A stretch of DNA of 19,333 bases. It comes from Fonticula alba ATCC 38817 (lineage: Eukaryota; Protista; Nucleariida). Below, in pieces: positions 10,294 through 17,500 of the stretch (within the stretch, counting starts at the first letter, position 1; every line of letters starts with the position of its first letter). Both the position numbers and the translations under genes were made by a program. The stretch is taken from the NCBI GenBank assembly GCA_000388065.2, contig KB932207.1. One strand, written 5' to 3'. A model generated the notes under the pieces. That model saw only the letters and a program-made list of their open reading frames with translations, was not told the DNA's origin and did not search any database.

Positions 10294-11561
10294 ATGTCCC
10301 AGGCAAACGCCGATCTCAACACCAACATCGCGCTGAAGATTCTGGTCATCGGCAAGTCCGGTACCGGTAAGTCGTCCATCATCCAGCGCTATGTCAACCG
10401 GCGCTTCGACAGCACCTACCGCTTCACGATCGGTGTGGATTTCTTCTCCAAGCATGTGACCCTGCCCCAGCTGAAGGAGCCGGCGGATTCCGACAGCGCC
10501 GATGAGGCCACCGCGTCGCCGAGCCCCGGCGCGGCCGACTCCCCGGGCAACTCCCCGACCGGCAACATGATCTCCCCGCCGCGGACGTCGACTGCCGCGG
10601 GTGGCGATGCGGCGGCAGCGGCGGACGCAGCGGCCGCCCCGGTTGCCGCTCCCAACGCCATTGTGGCGGCCGCCCCGCGCGACCCGATCCCCGCTTGCGT
10701 GTACGAGCGTGGCATCCGCGAGCGCTTCGAGGCCGGCCCCATCAACCTGATCGTCAACCTTTGGGACATTGCCGGCCAGGAGCGCTATGGCGCCATGACG
10801 CCGGTATACTACCGCGGCGCGCACGCGGCCATCATCGTCTTCGACATCAACCGGCCGGACTCCTTCAACGACGCCACCCGCTGGAAGCAGGATCTCCTCA
10901 AGCGCTATGGCGATGTGCCGTGTGTCCTGCTGGCGAACAAGGTATCCCGCCCTTCGCCCGCCCTTCGCCCGCCCTTCGCCCGCCCTTCGCCCGCCCTTCC
11001 CCGAGCCGCCCCGGTGTGCGTCCCCTTCGCTACTGATGCCATTTGTCCCTGTCCCTCGCCCCCGCGCCGCCTCTCCGGCCGAAGTCCGACCTGGTTCCCC
11101 GTGGCGTCACGGTGGAGATGATTGAGAGGACCGTCGAGGAGCACGGCTTCATCGGATGGTCCGCCCTCTCCCCCGCTCCTCCGTCGCTGCCCCTTCCCCC
11201 CCTCTCTTCTGACACCTTTGCTCCCTTTCCCCACCTCCCCCCCCCCTCGCCCATTGGTCTCGGCAGGTTCGAGACCTCCGCCAAGACCGGCTCCAATGTG
11301 GACCTCGCCATCGAGTACCTGATCTACACCGTGGTAGCCAACCTGCCGGAGAGCGCCTTCACCGATAAGAATGCCCTCCAGCGGGCGCAGGCCGGCTTCG
11401 GCGCCGAGGGGGACCCCGGCACTCTGTCCCGTTCGAGGATGGGCCTGACCATCCTCGGATCCGACAATGAGGTTGTCGGCGAGGATCGTGGCGCCGCCGC
11501 CAAGGACCGCTCCGACACCGGGAAAACCGACCCGGCCTCCAAGGACTCCAGTTGCTGCTAG
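10294..11561 (+). CDS. RAB32: Rab GTPase, Rab32/38/29 type, with a ~90-aa interswitch insertion; 3 exons, ~338 aa
   Basis: Exons 10294-10941, 11085-11158, 11267-11561 (1017 nt). G1 GKSGTGKSS, G2 YRFTIGVDF, G3 WDIAGQE (Ile for Thr is the Rab32/38/29 hallmark), WKQDL, G4 NK|SD across intron 1, G5 W|FETSAK across intron 2, C-terminal CC prenylation motif. Rab identity is firm; subfamily is probable. Confidence 0.88.
10948..10999 (+). repeat. 11-bp tandem repeat CGCCCTTCGCC (4 perfect + 1 partial) at the start of Rab intron 1
   Basis: Copies start at 10948, 10959, 10970, 10981 and 10992. Confidence 0.85.
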
Positions 11562-11602
11562 AGGCAATGCACGCTGCTTGCCGTGTTATTCCCTGTTTCC
11601 CC

Positions 11603-11687
11603 NNNNNNNNNNNNNNNNNNNNNNNNNNNNNNNNNNNNNNNNNNNNNNNNNNNNNNNNNNNNNNNNNNNNNNNNNNNNNNNNNNNNN
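11603..11687. other. Assembly gap (85 N)
   Basis: Run of N just downstream of the Rab stop codon. Confidence 0.99.
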
Positions 11688-11839
11688 GCCTACTTTTCAC
11701 CTTGCTGCCCTGGGCACTACTTGCGGCAGGTGTCCCTCCCCCCCCCCCTGTAAATGTATTTCCACCGATCCTCCCGTCCGTGTCTCCCCTGGCTTCTGCG
11801 CCATCCGTCTCTGTTTCTTCTTGCTCGCACAACAAGGGG

Positions 11840-11880
<41 letters not shown>

Positions 11881-12297
11881 CTCTCTCCCCTCTCTCGCAT
11901 GCACGCGCGGGCACGGCTACAGATGCCCTCCGGCCGCGCCGCCGATCTGCTATACCAGCACCAGATACTCAAGTGCCAACCAATCCTCGATGTTCCATGC
12001 GCGCACCGAGGATCCACCTCGTTTGCGCGATGGGGGTGCAGGGGGGGGGGGGGGGGGAGCGTGTTTCGGCAGATCTGAACGCTGGGGCCTCCTTCGGAGG
12101 CCTACCCGAGAGGCATGGGGCTCGGGGCCGGGACCAAGTTCCAGCACCGTGCCGGTCATCCGCACTTCTCCTCCTCTCTCCCCATTCCCCGCCCTTTCTT
12201 TGCCTGGTTGCCCTCGCCGCGTTCCGCGATCTCTCTCTTCCTTCCCCCCCGACCTGGAACCCGCACCGCTGCTGTCACACACACACACACACACAGC

Positions 12298-12406
12298 ATG
12301 AGCCAGTTGCCATCCTCGCCGGATGACACTCGCCTGACCAGCCCGCCGGTCAACAGTCAAGGTGCGTCTCCTGGAGCCTGTTTGATTGCCTCACTCGCCT
12401 CACCTG

Positions 12407-12440
<34 letters not shown>

Positions 12441-13664
12441 GCACACGCGGCACGCTTCATGGGGACTCACTGTTGACCCGGTTCGCAGTTTTCTATGCCA
12501 CCCTGGCGAGCATCCCACCGGCCCCCACGCGCTCGGCCGCGTCCGATCTGTCAATCGCGGCTACCGGATCCGACACGGCCTTCGAACAGCGCGCCCTCAA
12601 CCGATACATCATGTTGGACAATATTTCTCGATCCGAGCGCATCGGGCATGGGCTGCGCGCCGAAGTCGAGGCATCCGGGGCGGAGACCTTCGCCGAGCGG
12701 CGTCAGGCCGGCCGGCGTCTCCGCCGCCGCGCGGCCATCGTCTCGGCCAAGCGCGCTCGCGCCGAGGGGTGGTTCAGCGTCAGCCCCCGTGGCGACGCGG
12801 CTGCCTTTGCGCGGATCGTGGCACTCCACAGCCTCTGGCAGGACTACATGCGTGCAGTGTTGTTGAATGACTCGAAGTGCGCCTTCCCCGCCCCCCCCCC
12901 CTCCCCTCTCCGCCCGGTCTACCTCTTGATGTCTCGTCGGCGGCCCCTGGCACTGACTCCCCCCTCCTCCCCTCCCCCCCCCCCCATGGCACAGCTCCAG
13001 CTCCATCTCCGTGAAGATCCTCAAGGCCGACTGGCAAGGATCCATCGTATCCGGTGCGCCGCATGTGCTGATCATACCACTTTTTCTCTCCTCCCCCGCC
13101 CCCTTCCGGATTGTCTGAGTCCGCTCTCCCCCGGTCTTTTCTTTGGTTCCCCTTGAATGTGGCTCAATCGGCTGACCGCCCCCTGCAATGCATCTAGTCG
13201 TGCAATCCAAGTCACCGACACTTGTCGGCAAGTCCGGCATCGTTGTCCGGGAAACCGCCAAAACCTTCGAACTTGCCGAGCCCTACTATCCCGGTGGAAC
13301 CGAGCTGCCGGGGGATACTTCGGCCTCCGGAGAGGGCGGTCTTCTGGCATCCGGCGAGCTGCCTTCCTACCGGCTGGTGCGTGTTCCCAAGCGCGGGGCG
13401 GTTTTTTCGATGACCGTCCCCGGGTCCGGCGCGTCTCGTGTTCTGCCCGGCACACCGCCGACCGACGGTAAATCGTCCGCCACCGGGCCCGAGGGTCGGC
13501 AGCCTCAGCCCGGGAGATCGGCCCCCGGGACAGGCTCCCCTCCGTTGGACCTCACGCCTGGCAGGGGCCTCTGGGAGGTGACCATCTACGGGGACCAGGT
13601 GTGTTGCCGAGCGGCCGAGCGGTCAACGCGCAAGTTCAAGGGCCAATCTTCCATCCGGCTGTAG
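12298..13664 (+). CDS. POP4: Ribonuclease P/MRP protein subunit POP4 (Rpp29/p29); 4 exons, ~325 aa
   Basis: Exons 12298-12361, 12489-12876, 12995-13053, 13198-13664 (978 nt, phases consistent). Motifs LHSLWQDYM, KILKADWQGSIVS|VVQSKSPTLVGKSGIVVRET, VRVPKRGAVF, IYGDQ..RAAERSTRKFK match the p29 family pattern (LHELW..Y, KLLKADLHGA, G....ET, IPK, IYG...RSxERSxKKFK). Exon 1 and the start codon are less certain than exons 2-4. Confidence 0.9.
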
Positions 13665-13760
13665 GTGCCCTTGCCCAACGCGCTGGCTATTTTTCCTCGT
13701 GTCCCTATGTCTCTCTCTCCCCTCCTCCCCTGGTGTGGAAAGTCCAAATACAAAAACCAT

Positions 13761-13832
13761 TCTCTCTCTCTCTCTCTCTCTGTTTCTCTCTCTGTTTCTC
13801 TCTCTGTTTCTCTCTCTGTTTCTCTCTCTGTT

Positions 13833-13912
<80 letters not shown>

Positions 13913-14128
13913 TNNNNNNNNNNNNNNNNNNNNNNNNNNNNNNNNNNNNNNNNNNNNNNNNNNNNNNNNNNNNNNNNNNNNNNNNNNNNNNNNNNNNNNN
14001 NNNNNNNNNNNNNNNNNNNNNNNNNNNNNNNNNNNNNNNNNNNNNNNNNNNNNNNNNNNNNNNNNNNNNNNNNNNNNNNNNNNNNNNNNNNNNNNNNNNN
14101 NNNNNNNNNNNNNNNNNNNNNNNNNNNN

Positions 14129-14184
<56 letters not shown>

Positions 14185-14196
14185 TGTTTCTCTCTC
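13761..14196. repeat. (CT)n microsatellite with a 12-bp higher-order unit (TCTCTCTGTTTC / TCTCTCTCTTTC), interrupted by a gap
   Basis: Visible on both sides of the N gap, between the convergent 3' ends of POP4 and the C1-THF synthase gene. Confidence 0.9.
13914..14128. other. Assembly gap (215 N)
   Basis: Run of N inside the CT array. Confidence 0.99.
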
Positions 14197-14287
14197 CTTT
14201 GATAGCAGCGAGAGGGGCATGCCCCTCCGCTGCCCTCCCTCCTCAGCAGCGGATCTAAATATCTCTTTATATGTACGTGTGTGTGGT

Positions 14288-14293
14288 TTTATT
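14288..14293 (-). terminator. Candidate polyadenylation signal AATAAA of the C1-THF synthase gene
   Basis: Plus-strand TTTATT reads AATAAA on the minus strand, ~245 nt downstream of the stop at 14537, in a locally AT-richer patch. Confidence 0.45.
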
Positions 14294-14536
14294 GCATCAG
14301 CAGGGCACAGCGAGCGACAAGATCACACAGGGGCGAGAGGGGAGGGGGTGTCCCTGCCACCGCGGAGAGGGGCCTGTGTTCGAAGCAGGGGGAAGAGGGA
14401 CGGGAGAATGGCAAAAGCTGGGAGGACAGGTGATGACAGGGACAGCGGCAGCAGCGGCGGCGGCGGCGGCAGCAGCAGCAGCAGCGGCGGCAGCAGGCTC
14501 AGGGATGCGGGCTCTCTTGGCCGTGCCTTCCGGCTC

Positions 14537-17500
14537 TCAGAAGAGGCCGCTGATCTCGCCGGTCTCCGGGTCGACATCAATGTCGTAGTAGCACGGGCGG
14601 GTCGGCAGGCCGGGGATGGTGGGCATCTGTCCAGAGGCCAAAGGTGGGGTGTCGCGGCGGGTCAGCAAAAGAGGCGAACAGAGGCGCGAGAGTCGGAGAG
14701 GGCGAGGGGGAACGAGGGAGAGGGAGGAAGCAAAGGGGCGGCGGGGCGGGGAAAATGGAGAGCCAAGTGCACGAGCACACAGCGGCACCACACGTACAGC
14801 ACCCAGCAGGGGGTAAAGGAACCCGGCGCCGACACTGGCGCGGACGTCGCGGATGGGCACGGTGAAGCCGGTGGGCACGCCGCGCAGGGTCGGGTCGTGC
14901 GACAGAGACAGGTGGGTCTTGGCCATGCAGACGGGCAGGCTACCGAAGCCCTGGCGCTCGAAGCGGGCGATCTTCTCGGCCGCCTGCGGCAGGATCTCGA
15001 TGTCGGCGGCGCCATACATCTGGGTGCAAACAATGCGCATCTTCTCCTCGATGGACAGGTCAAGGTCGTAAAGCAGGCGGAAGTCCTCCGGGTTGTGCGC
15101 CTGGCAGGCGGCCTCGACCGCGCGGGCCAGAGCCAGGGCGCCCTTGCCACCGTGGGCCCAGTGCGAGGCGACAACCGCATCGGCCGCGCCGTTGGCCACG
15201 GCCAGCCGGCGGATCAGGTTGTGCTCGGCCTCGGTGTCGGAGCTGGGGCGGTGCGTGTGCAGGAGCAAGCGAATGTCAGCAACGTATCGGAATGTCCACG
15301 GCGTGGGGTGGAAGAGAGAGAGAGGGAGAAAGAGAGAAAGAGAGAAAGAGAGAAAGAGAGAAAGAGAGAGAGAAAGCGAGAGGGAGGGAGAGCAGTTTGG
15401 TGTTTGTGCAGATCAGTACGAACCTGAAGGAGTTGATCGCAACAACCACCGGGACACCGAACTTGCGAGCATTGGCCACATGCGCCACCAGGTTGGCGCA
15501 GCCCTTCTCCACGAGGTCCAGATCCTCGGTGAGGTAGGCGTCCGGGAGCGGGCGGCCCGGCACGACGTCCGGCCCGCCGCCATGCATCTTCAGCGCACGG
15601 ACAGTGGCCACCAGGACCACGCAGTTGGGGGTCAGCCCGGAGGTGCGGCACTTGATGTTGAAGAACTTCTCCATGCCAATGTCGGCGCCGAAGCTGGACG
15701 ATAGTGCGTGCGTGCGTGCGTGCGTGCGTGAGTGAGGAGGGAAGAGCAGCAGGGGACAATGGACCTGCATTCGGCCGCGCGACAAGGGGGGCCACGTACC
15801 CGGCCTCAGTGACCACGAAGCCCTCCTTGCCGGCCAGGCGCAGGGCGATGCGATCGGCAACGATGGAGGAGTTGCCGTGGGCAATGTTGGCGAAGGGACC
15901 GGCATGCACAAACACCGGGGTGCCCTGCAGGGTCTGCATCAGGTTCGGCTCGATGGCATCGCGCATCAGGGTGACCAGGGCACCGGTGACACCGAGGTCG
16001 TCGGCGGTGACCGGCTCCCCGGCGCGCGAGGAGGCCACAACCATGCGGCCAAGGCTGGGTGGCCGGATTGTTGTTGTTTTTGATTAACCCCACCCTCGAG
16101 AGGTTAGAGAGTGCGGGCAGGCGGGCAGGCACGAGAAAGGGGGAGAAAGGGCAAAGGCAGGGGACACCGGGCAAGGGTGGCCGGGCGCGCACCGGAGGCG
16201 CATGTCGGCCAGGTCATTGGAGAGGGCCAGGATGGCCATGATCTCCGAGGCGACGGCGATGTCGAAGCCGGTCTCACGCTCGAAGGCGCTCTCGGCCGAG
16301 CCGCAGCCGACCTTCACGCGGCGGAGGAAGCGGTCGTTGGTGTCCAGGACTAATGTGGGCGGTTAGAGGGGGCGGGAGAGAGGCCGGCGGCAGGAGGGAG
16401 AGAGAGAGAGAGAGGGTGGGGGGGGGGGGGGGGACTGAAAGTACCGCGCTGCCAGGTGATGGTGGCCGGATCGATGTCGAGGCGGACGAACTTGGACACC
16501 TCCTCCGGGGTCAAGTCCGAGGGGTCGGTCTTGTTGATGCCCAGCTTCTCGAGGCGGCGGAACATGATGTTCGAGAAGACGCGCTTGCCCTGGCGCAGGG
16601 GGCACAGGCGGTTGAACAGNNNNNNNNNNNNNNNNNNNNNNNNNNNNNNNNNNNNNNNNNNNNNNNNNNNNNNNNNNNNNNNNNNNNNNNNNNNNNNNNN
16701 NNNNNNNNNNNNNNNNNNNNNNNNNNNNNNNNNNNNNNNNNNNNNNNNNNNNNNNNNNNNNNNNNNNNNNNNNNNNNNNNNNNNNNNNNNNNNNNNNAGA
16801 GAGAGAGAGAGAGAGTTAGAAATGCGAGGAGCCTCGTGACCGGTGACTCAGCAGGAGAAATGGGAGGCATTCCCAACAGTCAGCACGGGGACCACAGGTG
16901 CCTCTCCTCCGGGCGCCGGGGCACGCACCGAGAAGGTTGTTCGCGGCCGTGACGGCGTGGATGTCACCGGTCAGGTGCAGGTTGAAGTCCTCCATGGGGA
17001 TGACCTGGGCATAGCCGCCGCCGGCGGCGCCGCCCTTGATGCCGAAGGTCGGGCCCTGGGAGGGCTGGCGGATGTTGGCGAAGCACATGCGGCCGAGCTC
17101 AGCCCCCAGAGCCTGGGCCAGGCCGAGGGTGGTGGTGGACTTGCCCTCGCCCAGGGGGGTGGGGGTGATGCCGGCGACGACAACGTAGTTGCCATTCTCG
17201 CGGTTGGCCAGGCGGTCCAGGATCGAGAGGGACACCTTGGCCTTGTACTTGCCGTACAGGTCGAACTGGGAAGGGGGCGGGGGGGGGGGCGGTCAGTCGC
17301 GGGTTGGGACCCCCCCAAAGACCCGGGCAATCGGAGGGCCCCAGCAGCGGCAGCTGGCCGTCAGATGCCTGGCATACGCACCTCGGACTCGTGGATGCCG
17401 AGCTCCTCGCAGACAACGCGCATGTGCTTGGGGGTTTGGGCGCGGGAGATGGCAATGTCCGAAGGCACCGGGTCCTGGATGTCCAGCGGGAGGAGGTGCA

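Noticed and set aside
11749-11753. TGTAA downstream of the Rab stop as a green-algal type poly(A) signal
   Set aside because: Single short occurrence. The fused trifunctional C1-THF synthase argues against a green alga, and an AATAAA is seen for another gene.
7917-12297. tRNA, snRNA or snoRNA in intergenic DNA
   Set aside because: By eye I found no T-loop/cloverleaf, U1 5' end, Sm site or paired C/D boxes. An Infernal/tRNAscan-SE run would be needed to exclude them properly.
12995-13000. Tandem acceptor in POP4 intron 2 (CAG-CTCCAG, 6 nt apart)
   Set aside because: Either choice keeps the frame and changes only two Ser residues in a variable linker; little expected consequence.
13601-15427. 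608-aa plus-strand ORF
   Set aside because: Stays open only by crossing the CT array and the N gap, then runs antisense to C1-THF synthase exons.
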